Shown here: positions 21,247-30,384 of the stretch, in pieces
How positions within the stretch are numbered: position 1 is the first letter of the stretch
Layout of the letters: each line of letters begins with the position of its first letter
Notes under the pieces: generated by a model
What the model was told of the DNA's origin: nothing
Databases searched by the model: none
Seen by the model: only the letters and a program-made list of their open reading frames with translations
Program-made: the position numbers and the translations under genes
NCBI GenBank assembly: GCA_038042445.1
Contig: JBBTED010000027.1
Span: 1 to 64,000, forward strand
Length of the DNA: 64,000 nt
Direction: 5' to 3'
Source of the DNA: Candidatus Firestoneibacteriota bacterium
GTDB taxonomy: Bacteria; Oederibacteriota; D2-FULL-39-29; JBBTED01

Positions 21247-21390
21247 GAACCTGTGCCAAAACCCTATTTTGTCATCCTGAACACATTCGTTCCACTCAGT
21301 GTAAACTCCGTGAAGAATCTTGTTTTTAAAAGACTTTAAGACGAGATTCTTCGGCTATCGCCTCAGAATGACAGCTTTTGGCACAAGCTC
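21247..21390. mobile_element. MITE type 1, copy 2
   Basis: GAACCTGTGCCAAAA / TTTTGGCACAAGCTC; TSD TTTA (21243-21246, 21391-21394). Confidence 0.85.
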
Positions 21391-21411
21391 TTTAACCTTG
21401 TTAAAACAATT

Positions 21412-22425
21412 TTAAAACTTTAATTCTAACTGTACTAATACCTCGTTATCATTTGCAGCTATTTCATCTTGAATATAATTATAATTCACCTGTAATCTTG
21501 TATATTTATTCAACCCAAAGTTCAACCCTGGTGTTACAACATTTACTTTATAATCAGCATTAAAAACATCTGCTGTATATTGTTGATATCTTAATACTGG
21601 TTCAATGAATTGTTCATCAAGTTTAAATATGTATGAACCTGTAATATAGAAATTATCTGTTGCTAATTTTCCTACACTTTTTTCACGTTCCTGATAAAAA
21701 TATTCACTGACTAATTTAAAGCTGTCTATTTCACACTTTGCTGTAGCTATCAAACGTTTTCTTGCTATATAAGTAGCACTTACTTCTCTTCCAGACATAG
21801 CACCTACTCCAAGATTTAATTCTTTAAATGGCGCCACAGTTACACGTGCTAAAATATCTTTATTGTTATTATCATCAGCAATATTAATTCCATTTCCATT
21901 AACTACTCCTAATGCATAACCTATAGTGTTATCTAACATCTTTCCATCTAATACAATACCTGTTTCCCTATCAGCAAAAGTAATAGTGCTATATCCTGTT
22001 TTTTTGTAAAGGTATCCCTCATAAATTATAGGACCGTTAATTAAATTATTTGCAGCAGTTCCCCAAATAATCCCTGCCTCAGAAATAGGAATTTTGAACT
22101 GTCCTACTGTAATAGCCATTCCCAAAGGTAAATTTGAATATTTTATAAACGCATCTCTTAAACCACTTGTGGCTAATCTTAAGTCATACTGAAATCTATA
22201 TGAAACATCAGGTACAACTGATCCTGATAAAATAAGACGTGCTCTTACTACAGCAAATGCATCTGGATTATCGTAAGACGTATAACTATATCTTGTATGA
22301 ACATAACCACTTACAGTAAGACTCCCTTCTCCAACTTTAACTGCAATAGCTTCTTCTGCTGCATTAACAGATATAGACAAGAATAATCCTACTATAACTA
22401 TCAACATATATATTACCTTATTCAT
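21412..22425 (-). CDS. OprO/OprP-like outer-membrane porin
   Basis: signal peptide, RARL..SG, GQFKIP, amphipathic strands, C-terminal Phe. Confidence 0.8.
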   Translation of the reverse strand: MNKVIYMLIVIVGLFLSISVNAAEEAIAVKVGEGSLTVSGYVHTRYSYTSYDNPDAFAVVRARLILSGSVVPDVSYRFQYDLRLATSGLRDAFIKYSNLPLGMAITVGQFKIPISEAGIIWGTAANNLINGPIIYEGYLYKKTGYSTITFADRETGIVLDGKMLDNTIGYALGVVNGNGINIADDNNNKDILARVTVAPFKELNLGVGAMSGREVSATYIARKRLIATAKCEIDSFKLVSEYFYQEREKSVGKLATDNFYITGSYIFKLDEQFIEPVLRYQQYTADVFNADYKVNVVTPGLNFGLNKYTRLQVNYNYIQDEIAANDNEVLVQLELKF

Positions 22426-22448
22426 AACTTCACCATCCCCCTTTTTAT

Positions 22449-22485
22449 TTAAATTAGCTATTCCAAAATGGAATAGCTAATTTAA
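22449..22485. other. perfect 17-bp stem hairpin in the porin leader
   Basis: TTAAATTAGCTATTCCA-AAA-TGGAATAGCTAATTTAA. Confidence 0.8.
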
Positions 22486-22499
22486 TTCCTTATAATATA

Positions 22500-22516
22500 T
22501 GCAAGTTCTATGCCAA
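22500..22516 (-). promoter_or_regulatory. sigma54 -24/-12 promoter of the porin-fdh operon
   Basis: TTGGCATAGAACTTGCA (GG-N10-GC). Confidence 0.88.
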
Positions 22517-22596
22517 CTATTAAAAACAATAAAATGATTGAAATAATTGTAGTTATACAAAGCAAACAATTCAAATGTGTTACTTTTTATGGATTA

Positions 22597-22614
22597 TGTT
22601 ACCTTTAGGTAACA
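22597..22614. promoter_or_regulatory. putative enhancer (UAS) for the adjacent sigma54 activator
   Basis: palindrome TGTTACC-TTTA-GGTAACA about 80-100 bp upstream of the -24 box; a half-site TGTTAC at about 22578. Confidence 0.65.
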
Positions 22615-22616
22615 AA

Positions 22617-23960
22617 TTAGAGGTTGTATGCCTTTATTTTTTTCCAGAGAGTTTTTCTACTTATACCAAGTTTTTTAGCAGCTTCACTTTTTTTACCATC
22701 ACATTCTTTTAAAGCTTTTATAATTTGCTTTTTCTCCATTTCAATTTTAGCATAAGAAATTGACAAATTTTTGTCATCTAAAGTATATTTCGGATTTGTT
22801 ATAAATTCAGGCAAATGTTCTGTCCTTATTTCTTTTGCATCAGTCAAAATAATAGCTCTTTCTATTACATTTTCTAATTCGCGAACATTACCCTGCCAGT
22901 TATATTCTAACATTACAGATAAAGCATTTTTTGAAATAGTTTTTATGTCTTTATTTATTTTATCAGAACATTTTTTAATGAAATGATATATTAATAATGG
23001 AATATCGTCTTTTCTTTCTCTTAAAGAAGGTAAGTGAATACTAATAACATTAAGTCTATAAAATAAATCCTCTCTGAATTTATCATTTTTTACTTCTTGC
23101 AATAATTCTTTTTTAGTGGCAGCAATTATTCTAACATCAACTTTTTTTGTTTCAGAACCCCCTACTCTTTCAAATTCTCTTTCCTGCAATACCCTCAACA
23201 ATTTTACCTGCACTACAAGACTCATATCGTCAACATCATCTAAGAATAAAGTCCCTGTATCAGCTAATTCAAACCTTCCTTTTTTTGTAGCAATTGCACC
23301 TGTAAAACTTCCTTTCTCATGACCAAATAATTCACTCTCAAGCAAGGTTTCCGGTAAACTCGCACAACTAATTTTTATAAACGGTCTATCTTTTCGCAAA
23401 CTCAAATGATGAATTGCATGAGCTACAAGTTCCTTTCCCGTTCCACTTTCTCCTAAAATCAGAACTGTTGAATCTACAGGTGCTACAATATTTATTAAAT
23501 TATAAATCTCCTGCATTTTTTTATTTTTGCCTATTATATTTACAAGTTTGTATCTTTCTTCTAATTCACTATGTAGCAATTCATTTTCTTCAACAACTTC
23601 TTTGTATCTTAAAATTCTGTTTATCTTAAGTAATAATTCATCTGTGGAAAATGGTTTTGTAATATAATCATACGCTCCAATTTTCATTGCAGATACAGCA
23701 CTTTCTATTGTTCCATACGCAGTCATTATTATAACCTCTGTATCTGAAGATATTTTTTTTACTTCTTCCAATAATTTAATTCCATCTATTCCAGGAAGTT
23801 TAAGGTCAGTTATAATAATATCGTATTTTTCTTTTTTTATTTTTTCTAAAGCTAAAACTCCATCCTCACAGGAATCAACTTCATAATTTTTAAGTTTAAG
23901 TGCATCTACCAATGTTATAAGCTTTATCTTTTCATCATCTACAACAAGAATTTTAACCAT
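22617..23960 (-). CDS. NtrC-family sigma54-dependent response regulator
   Basis: REC, GESGTGKE, GSFTGA, FREDLFYRL, C-terminal Fis-type HTH. Confidence 0.95.
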   Translation of the reverse strand: MVKILVVDDEKIKLITLVDALKLKNYEVDSCEDGVLALEKIKKEKYDIIITDLKLPGIDGIKLLEEVKKISSDTEVIIMTAYGTIESAVSAMKIGAYDYITKPFSTDELLLKINRILRYKEVVEENELLHSELEERYKLVNIIGKNKKMQEIYNLINIVAPVDSTVLILGESGTGKELVAHAIHHLSLRKDRPFIKISCASLPETLLESELFGHEKGSFTGAIATKKGRFELADTGTLFLDDVDDMSLVVQVKLLRVLQEREFERVGGSETKKVDVRIIAATKKELLQEVKNDKFREDLFYRLNVISIHLPSLRERKDDIPLLIYHFIKKCSDKINKDIKTISKNALSVMLEYNWQGNVRELENVIERAIILTDAKEIRTEHLPEFITNPKYTLDDKNLSISYAKIEMEKKQIIKALKECDGKKSEAAKKLGISRKTLWKKIKAYNL

Positions 23961-25200
23961 TTGAATTTTTAGGTAATATTATTGTGAATTTTGAACCCTT
24001 TGACAATTCACTTTCAACAGTTATACTTCCACTGTGTTCTTTTATTATTCCCAAACTTATAGCTAAACCAAGACCTGTTCCCTTACCTATTTTTTTTGTA
24101 GTAAAAAATGGATCGAAAATTTTGTCCAAGTTTTCCTTTGGTATTCCACAACCAGTATCAGATATTGAAATAATCATTGCGTCTATATTTGAAACAGTAG
24201 TTATTGAAATTTTCCCACCCTCTAATATTGCATCTATGGAATTTAATATGATATTTAAAAATACCTGATTTAGTGCTTCAGGATCTGCAAAAATTTCCGA
24301 AGCAGAAGAAAAATGTTTTTTTAAAATTATTCTAGTGATTTTTAAATTTTCTTCTACAAGTGCAATTGTTTTTTTAAGAATTTCATTAATATGGACATTG
24401 CGAAAAAGTTTGCTATGTGGTTTTGCAAAATCCAGTAATCTTTGCACAGTATTCTCAATTCTAATTAATCCCTCCTGAACTAATAAAAGATACCTATTTA
24501 TAAGCTCAGTGTTTTTAGGATTTTCAATTATAGCCCTGACACAATTTTGAATTCCATCCAAAGGATTATTAATTTCATGTGCTATACCTGCTGCAAGTTT
24601 TCCAATTGCAACCATTTTTTCTGATTGTATAAGTTTTTCCTGTGTATTCTTCATTTCTTTATAGAGTTTATCCAAAGCTTTTTTATCTTTTTTTTCTTTT
24701 TCAGAGATAAGTCCTAATGATATTCCAACAAGCCAAAAAAATGATAATCTTAATCCAAAATCTGTCCAATAAATACTATTAGAATATTCTAAACCTCCTT
24801 GTAAAAAATACAGCAAGGAAGATATTAATGCAACAAAAATTCCTGTTTTTAATCCATAATAAAAGGAATGTAGAGCAATTAGCAGATAAAATGCCAAATA
24901 AAAATTACTGTTTAATCCACCTGTTTCTTCAATTATAAAAAATATAAATATTAAATCTAAAAATAAAGCAGAAAAATAAAGTGTCCTTATTTTATTAGGG
25001 AATAAAAAAATTAAAGCATAGAGAATACTACTATACACACAAAAAAATACAAATATATTAACTAAAGTTTCTTTGCTTTCCAGCAAAACAGGAGAGAAAT
25101 AAATCCAAAGAAAACCACCTATTATAGTAAGAACCCTTAAAAAAGCAAATGTTAAATCAATAAAATCATAACGTTTTAATTTGTCTTTAAATCCTTCCAT
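23953..25200 (-). CDS. membrane-embedded sensor histidine kinase
   Basis: about 5 TM N-terminus, AHEINNP, GTGLGL; overlaps the regulator start. Confidence 0.92.
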   Translation of the reverse strand: MEGFKDKLKRYDFIDLTFAFLRVLTIIGGFLWIYFSPVLLESKETLVNIFVFFCVYSSILYALIFLFPNKIRTLYFSALFLDLIFIFFIIEETGGLNSNFYLAFYLLIALHSFYYGLKTGIFVALISSLLYFLQGGLEYSNSIYWTDFGLRLSFFWLVGISLGLISEKEKKDKKALDKLYKEMKNTQEKLIQSEKMVAIGKLAAGIAHEINNPLDGIQNCVRAIIENPKNTELINRYLLLVQEGLIRIENTVQRLLDFAKPHSKLFRNVHINEILKKTIALVEENLKITRIILKKHFSSASEIFADPEALNQVFLNIILNSIDAILEGGKISITTVSNIDAMIISISDTGCGIPKENLDKIFDPFFTTKKIGKGTGLGLAISLGIIKEHSGSITVESELSKGSKFTIILPKNSNG

Positions 25201-25339
25201 AAATACAATGTTAGTTTATTTGTAGATTATTTTCAAGATTTATATTGTAGTTGCCCATTTATGGGCATGCTGATAAATCAGCAACTACAAAAAATATTAT
25301 TTTGGAAAATTTCTGTTGAAAAATAAGTTTACTTATAGG

Positions 25340-26533
25340 TTATGCTGAATTTTTTTTATCCCAGGCAGGTAATATGCAAAGCAAAATAGTAAGAATTAAA
25401 ACTGGGAAAAGTAAAATAATAGCGCTAATAAATAGCCCTTCTTTACCAATAAATTCTAATTTGTATGAAGTAAATCCCTTTAAACTTTTTGAAAATAATT
25501 GTCCACCAACAACAACATTCCACCTCATAGCAAATATTCCCAAAAGTGTTAACAAACTTGAAATCAAATATATTGATTTTTTTATTCCGGAATTAATTTT
25601 TATTAACTGTAATAAACCCAATAAAATTATAGGAGTTAAAGTTCCTATACATATCTGAATTATAAATAGTGTTATATACAATTTCCCTGACATTAAAAGT
25701 GCTAACACGCTAAATGATTCATCTGCTTCATATAAACGATGAATAAGATCAAGACTTTCCAGTGAAAAATCTATTATAAATGCGTATAAAAGATATTTGC
25801 CTATTGTATCAAGACAAATCATATCAATAGGCATTTTGCGAACCCAGGATATTACCATATAAATTAGCATAACTAATGCAATACCTGAAACCATTGCTGA
25901 AAATATAAATATCACAGGCATAAGAGAAGAAGACCACCATGGATTGGCTTTAATTGAACCAAATATAAAACCTACATAACCATGCAATAAAATAGCAGAT
26001 GGAATACCTATTATTGTAATAAATTTTCCTATTTTATCATCCAATTTTAACGCATTTTCAGAGATATTATCACATCCTAAAGAAAGTATTTTATAAAACA
26101 GTTTTAAAATACCTTTTTTCTCTTGTGACCATATTACAAAATCTTTTCTATATTCAAACCATATTTCCAAAAGTAAAACAACCATAAGATACCATATATA
26201 CACAAATCCAAATACAGCCATTGCAGAAGTTAAATGAGGAGTAGCAAATATCTCAAATGCTCTTTGGGGTTGTGTCAAATGCAAATTCAAAGGTATAGTT
26301 GCCACCAAAAGAAAAGATAAAGCAGTAAGCAAAGAAAGTTTATAAGTAGGTTTTACTTGGGTAACATCAAATACACGCTCAAGTGACGCTAATATAAATG
26401 CACCAGCTACCAATCCTGTTATATATGGATAAAGCACTATTAAAATACTCCAGTGCAATTCTATATCATTAGGATAAATATATCCCTGAATTTTATGAAA
26501 AACTTCGTATAAATTTATAACTACTTCATGCAT
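25340..26533 (-). CDS. NrfD/PsrC-family quinol-interacting membrane subunit
   Basis: multi-TM; LYPYITGLVAGAF, HGYVGFIF and RWNVVVGGQ. Confidence 0.85.
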   Translation of the reverse strand: MHEVVINLYEVFHKIQGYIYPNDIELHWSILIVLYPYITGLVAGAFILASLERVFDVTQVKPTYKLSLLTALSFLLVATIPLNLHLTQPQRAFEIFATPHLTSAMAVFGFVYIWYLMVVLLLEIWFEYRKDFVIWSQEKKGILKLFYKILSLGCDNISENALKLDDKIGKFITIIGIPSAILLHGYVGFIFGSIKANPWWSSSLMPVIFIFSAMVSGIALVMLIYMVISWVRKMPIDMICLDTIGKYLLYAFIIDFSLESLDLIHRLYEADESFSVLALLMSGKLYITLFIIQICIGTLTPIILLGLLQLIKINSGIKKSIYLISSLLTLLGIFAMRWNVVVGGQLFSKSLKGFTSYKLEFIGKEGLFISAIILLFPVLILTILLCILPAWDKKNSA

Positions 26534-26587
26534 AATTTTTTCCTAAATCCCCCTTAATTCCCCTTTATTAAAAGGGTAGGGGGATTT

Positions 26588-27364
26588 TTAAATTACCTCT
26601 TTATCCATTCCTTTATAATATATTTTTGGCTTAGTTCCCAAATGGGGTTTTAATACCTGCACATTATTAGAATTTATAAATTTATTAATTTCACTGTTTT
26701 TGTCTTTAAGATTTCCGAAAATTCTTGCTTTTACAGGACATACTTCAACACATGCAGGCAATAAACCATTAGTTATTCTGTGATAGCACAAAGTACATTT
26801 ATCCACCACTTTAAGCACAGGATGAATATATCTTGCACCATAAGGACATGCCTGTATGCAATACCTGCATCCGATACAATATTTCCTATCCACTAATACT
26901 ACACCGTCTTCACTCTTATATGTAGCACCTACAGGACACACCTGAACACAAGGTGCGTGCTCACAATGATTACACATTTTAGGCACAAAATATTTCTTTA
27001 CTAATGGCTTACCTTTATAAATGTCGTTAAATCCATATCTGCCACCACCAGGAGAATCTATCTTTACTTCATCATTTTCAAAAATTGCATATCTTTCTAC
27101 CCATGTTCTAAAATAAAATGGATCATTAGGCACATCATTTTCTTTTTTGCAGGCATCAACACATTTACCACAACCTATGCATTTAGTTATATCTATCCCA
27201 TAACCATATAGATATTTTTCAATATCATATCTGAATTTAGGATCATACGAGGTAGCTTCTGCAAAACCAGAAAATGATTTACCAAATTTTGCATATTTTG
27301 CAAATCCAACCACTAAAACAATTTTCCCAAGTGCTTTTAAAAACTTTCGCCTGTTATATTTCAT
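26588..27364 (-). CDS. Tat-exported NrfC/DsrO-like 4Fe-4S protein
   Basis: NRRKFLK; CIGCGKC, CNHC..APC, CIGCRYC, KCTLC. Confidence 0.88.
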   Translation of the reverse strand: MKYNRRKFLKALGKIVLVVGFAKYAKFGKSFSGFAEATSYDPKFRYDIEKYLYGYGIDITKCIGCGKCVDACKKENDVPNDPFYFRTWVERYAIFENDEVKIDSPGGGRYGFNDIYKGKPLVKKYFVPKMCNHCEHAPCVQVCPVGATYKSEDGVVLVDRKYCIGCRYCIQACPYGARYIHPVLKVVDKCTLCYHRITNGLLPACVEVCPVKARIFGNLKDKNSEINKFINSNNVQVLKPHLGTKPKIYYKGMDKEVI

Positions 27365-27421
27365 AATTTTTTCCAAATCCCTCTTAATCCTCCTTAATTA
27401 AAGGGGTAGGTAGATTTAATT

Positions 27422-27889
27422 TTACAATGGGTCATGAGGATCATGACAACTAACACATTTTTCTTCAGTGTTATGTTTTTTTATGTCTACCTGTGGAAAA
27501 TCTTTTCTCCTGACAGTATTGATACTATGACATAAAATACATGATTCTTTACTTGTAGGTCTAATAATACTTTTAATTGTTTCTCTATGAATCTTTTTAA
27601 CTTCTACAATATGATTTACTCCAGGACCATGACAAGTTTCACAATTTACCCCTTTATGTTTTGAGTTAGTTTTAGTGTTATATATACTCTCGTGACATTC
27701 TTTACAAACATAATGCCCCATATATTTAATGGGTATTTCCATATTTTCCTGTACAGAATCACCTCTATAATGCCCAAACCTTCCAAATGATTCAGGGACA
27801 AGCAATGTCTTTACTACTAAGCCTACACCTAAAAATACAATTGCCACCACTGCTAATCTTGTTAAATGTTTAAAATCATTATATTTCAT
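27422..27889 (-). CDS. membrane-anchored tetraheme cytochrome c
   Basis: N-terminal TM; CKECH, CETCH, CILCH, CVSCH. Confidence 0.88.
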   Translation of the reverse strand: MKYNDFKHLTRLAVVAIVFLGVGLVVKTLLVPESFGRFGHYRGDSVQENMEIPIKYMGHYVCKECHESIYNTKTNSKHKGVNCETCHGPGVNHIVEVKKIHRETIKSIIRPTSKESCILCHSINTVRRKDFPQVDIKKHNTEEKCVSCHDPHDPL

Positions 27890-27899
27890 AATTTCTTCT

Positions 27900-27972
27900 C
27901 TTATGGTTGACATTTTTTCCATCAGACCATAATTCTTTCCCTTATGGTTGACATTTTTTCCATCAGACCATA
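27900..27972. repeat. tandem 32-bp perfect direct repeat, period 41
   Basis: CTTATGGTTGACATTTTTTCCATCAGACCATA at 27900-27931 and 27941-27972. Confidence 0.9.
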
Positions 27973-28043
27973 TGTATTTTGCTTAATATAATACTTTATC
28001 TATATAGTTTTTACAATATTTATATGAATAATGAAAGTAGGGA

Positions 28044-28078
28044 AATTATTGAGCAATGTAAGGTAAAACACTATGATT
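28044..28078. promoter_or_regulatory. putative NarL-family operator (copy A)
   Basis: 28/35 identical to 40876-40910; core ATGTAAGGTAAA. Confidence 0.55.
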
Positions 28079-28160
28079 AAAAAATTAGTTTCAAAAAATT
28101 CTTGCATAGAGTTTATTTTTGAGATATACTTTATTATAAACTTCAATTTTAAAGGAGGAA

Positions 28161-29075
28161 ATGGTAAATATGAAAATAAAATTATACCTTGAAGAATTAC
28201 GCGCACCATTTTTTACAGCAAGTATTATTCCAGTTATTCTTGGAACACTTATTGCATGGCATATAACCGGAACAATCAATTGGACATATTTTATATTAAC
28301 CTTAATTGGTGGAATACTACTGCACGCTGGCACAAATGTAGCAAATGATTATTTTGATCACAAATCCGGCAATGACGAAGCTAATACAGAATATATAAGG
28401 CCATTTACAGGAGGCAGCAGATTAATACAAAAAAAATTGCTTACTCCTAAAGAAGTCCTATCAGAATCTCTTATATGTTTCGCTTTAGGTAGTTTAATAG
28501 GTTTATATCTATATTCTCAATTAGGTGTTTTTATTCTTGTTTTAGGTTTAATTGGAATAATATCAGGTTTCTTTTACTGTGCACCACCATTTAAATGGGT
28601 ACACAGAGGAATCGGCGAATTAATAGTAGGTCTTAATTTTGGAACTCTTATGTGTTTAGGCGCATATTATGTACAAACACAAACAATAAGTATTGTCCCT
28701 GTTATTGCATCTTTACCAGTAGCCTTATTAATTGCACTTGTTTTGTATATAAATGAGTTTCCTGATTATAATGCAGACAAATCAGTTGGGAAAAACCATT
28801 TAGTAATTCGATTCGGTAAAGAAAAAGCAGTTACGGGTTATATTATAGCTATGGTTATGGTTTATGTAATTATTATAGCAGGTGTCCTTTCAGGAGCTAT
28901 ACCAATACTTGGCCTTTCTGCACTATTAACACTGACTTTAGCAATAAAAGCTATGAAAACACTTAAAGAAAATTTTGCTGGACCATCACTAAAATTACTT
29001 CCCGCAAATGCCCTAACAGTGCAACTTCATCTTCTTATCGGCTTATTACTTTCTATTAGTTATTTTATAAGATAA
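28161..29075 (+). CDS. menA: 1,4-dihydroxy-2-naphthoate prenyltransferase
   Basis: NDYFD, GGSR, NEFPDYNADKSVGK UbiA/MenA motifs. Confidence 0.9.
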   Translation: MVNMKIKLYLEELRAPFFTASIIPVILGTLIAWHITGTINWTYFILTLIGGILLHAGTNVANDYFDHKSGNDEANTEYIRPFTGGSRLIQKKLLTPKEVLSESLICFALGSLIGLYLYSQLGVFILVLGLIGIISGFFYCAPPFKWVHRGIGELIVGLNFGTLMCLGAYYVQTQTISIVPVIASLPVALLIALVLYINEFPDYNADKSVGKNHLVIRFGKEKAVTGYIIAMVMVYVIIIAGVLSGAIPILGLSALLTLTLAIKAMKTLKENFAGPSLKLLPANALTVQLHLLIGLLLSISYFIR

Positions 29076-29117
29076 GTATTTTTTGTTTTAAGGATTTTTA
29101 AAATCTTGCATATTTGC

Positions 29118-29387
29118 TTAATAAACTTCATCATGGCTACCGATATCTATTAACAATACTTCTGTTTTATTTGTAAATTTAAAAACAACACGGTAATCAT
29201 ATGTAATACTAAACGCCCACAATCCAGCAAGTTCACCAGACAGCTTATGTGTTCGCAATTGAATTTGAAAAGGATCTTTTGTAAATAATCTAATTGTTTT
29301 CCAAAGTCTATCTTTTAATATTTCATTGTTTTTAATTTTCTTTTTATAGATTCTTTTAAATCCATCATCCCAAATTACATTAAGCAT
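29118..29387 (-). CDS. RelE/YafQ-family mRNA interferase toxin
   Basis: LRTHKLSG, DYRVVF, DIGSHDEVY. Confidence 0.9.
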   Translation of the reverse strand: MLNVIWDDGFKRIYKKKIKNNEILKDRLWKTIRLFTKDPFQIQLRTHKLSGELAGLWAFSITYDYRVVFKFTNKTEVLLIDIGSHDEVY

Positions 29388-29595
29388 TTTCTAAATCCTT
29401 ATGTAAATTCTCTATAGTGCCTTTTTTAAATAAACCTTTTTTAACATTATTTTCAGCTTCTTTTGCCCTTAGAAGTATACATTGCCTTTTTTTTTCAATT
29501 AATTGTTTTTTTATAACCTCAATCGTATATTCCTCATCTTCTAAAGGTAATTTGTTAAACTCTTCAATCACTTTGTCTACTGTTATACCTTTCAT
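29380..29595 (-). CDS. putative antitoxin
   Basis: 71 aa, overlaps the toxin start; RBS GGAGG and TTGACA-N17-TAAAAT promoter at 29620-29648. Confidence 0.75.
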   Translation of the reverse strand: MKGITVDKVIEEFNKLPLEDEEYTIEVIKKQLIEKKRQCILLRAKEAENNVKKGLFKKGTIENLHKDLENA

Positions 29596-29730
29596 ATCTC
29601 TTCAACCTCCATTATAGCCATTTTACTTTTTAAAAAACAATTTGTCAATCTATCAAATGTATGAGGTTCTTTTGTATTGGATTATTACTTACTCTTAGTT
29701 ATTTTATATCGTAAGAATTAGTTTCTAGTT

Positions 29731-30120
29731 TTATGTTGATTGCTTTATGGATTTTTTCCAGTTTTTGATTTTTTTAGCCAATGCCCTCGCTGTCTCATAA
29801 AGAAACTTCTGATCATTAGCAGAAAAATTGCTGATTAGTTCTGAAATTTTTGTCTGCCATTCAGATAAATTTTTCACACCTAATTTATCCGTATCTTCAG
29901 CAAAAAGTTTTCCTGTTGTAATATTTAAAGCTTTTGCAACACATTGAATTGTAACAATACTTGCCTTTTTCGTTCCTCTTTCAATCTGACCTAAAAAAGC
30001 GGGATGTATGGATATTTTTTCTGCTAATTCTTCCTGCGTAAGTCCTAATTTTTTTCTTTCTTCCCGAATCCTTTTACCTATAGTTATATAAATCCTTTCT
30101 TCTATTATTTTACCTTTCAT
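29731..30120 (-). CDS. XRE-family HTH regulator
   Basis: IGKRIREERKKLGLTQEELAE...GQIERG. Confidence 0.9.
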   Translation of the reverse strand: MKGKIIEERIYITIGKRIREERKKLGLTQEELAEKISIHPAFLGQIERGTKKASIVTIQCVAKALNITTGKLFAEDTDKLGVKNLSEWQTKISELISNFSANDQKFLYETARALAKKIKNWKKSIKQST

Positions 30121-30164
30121 CTTAAGGTTATTTTAAAGTAGTATCCATTTTAATTCCAGATACA

Positions 30165-30234
30165 AAAAGGTTTATATTATACAAACCTTTTAGACTATAT
30201 TTTGATTGACAACACAAATGCAAAGTCGTAATAT
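30165..30234 (+). promoter_or_regulatory. palindromic operator plus sigma70 promoter in the divergent XRE/lipoprotein spacer
   Basis: AAAAGGTTT-N9-AAACCTTTT (30165-30191); TTGACA-N17-TAATAT (30206-30234). Confidence 0.55.
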
Positions 30235-30274
30235 TTGTAATGTTTGAAAATAGTTTAGCTGCCACCCGACAACT

Positions 30275-30366
30275 GTCATTCCCGAGGTTTTAATCGGGAA
30301 TCCAGAGTATTGTTTTATCAGTGTTTTAAAGACACTGGATTCCCGCTAACTAATTGCGGGAATGAC
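30275..30366. repeat. GTCATTCCCG...GGGAATGAC palindromic repeat
   Basis: GGGAATCCAG / CTGGATTCCC arms; half copies near 60860-60889 and 62424-62455. Confidence 0.8.
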
Positions 30367-30384
30367 AAATAAATAGATATTTAA

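Noticed and set aside
23295..23315. GSFTGA instead of GAFTGA as a sign of a non-functional activator
   Set aside because: It is a common natural variant, and a consensus sigma54 promoter is adjacent.
27900..27972. Mini CRISPR array
   Set aside because: Only two units with a 9-bp gap; no cas genes in the window.
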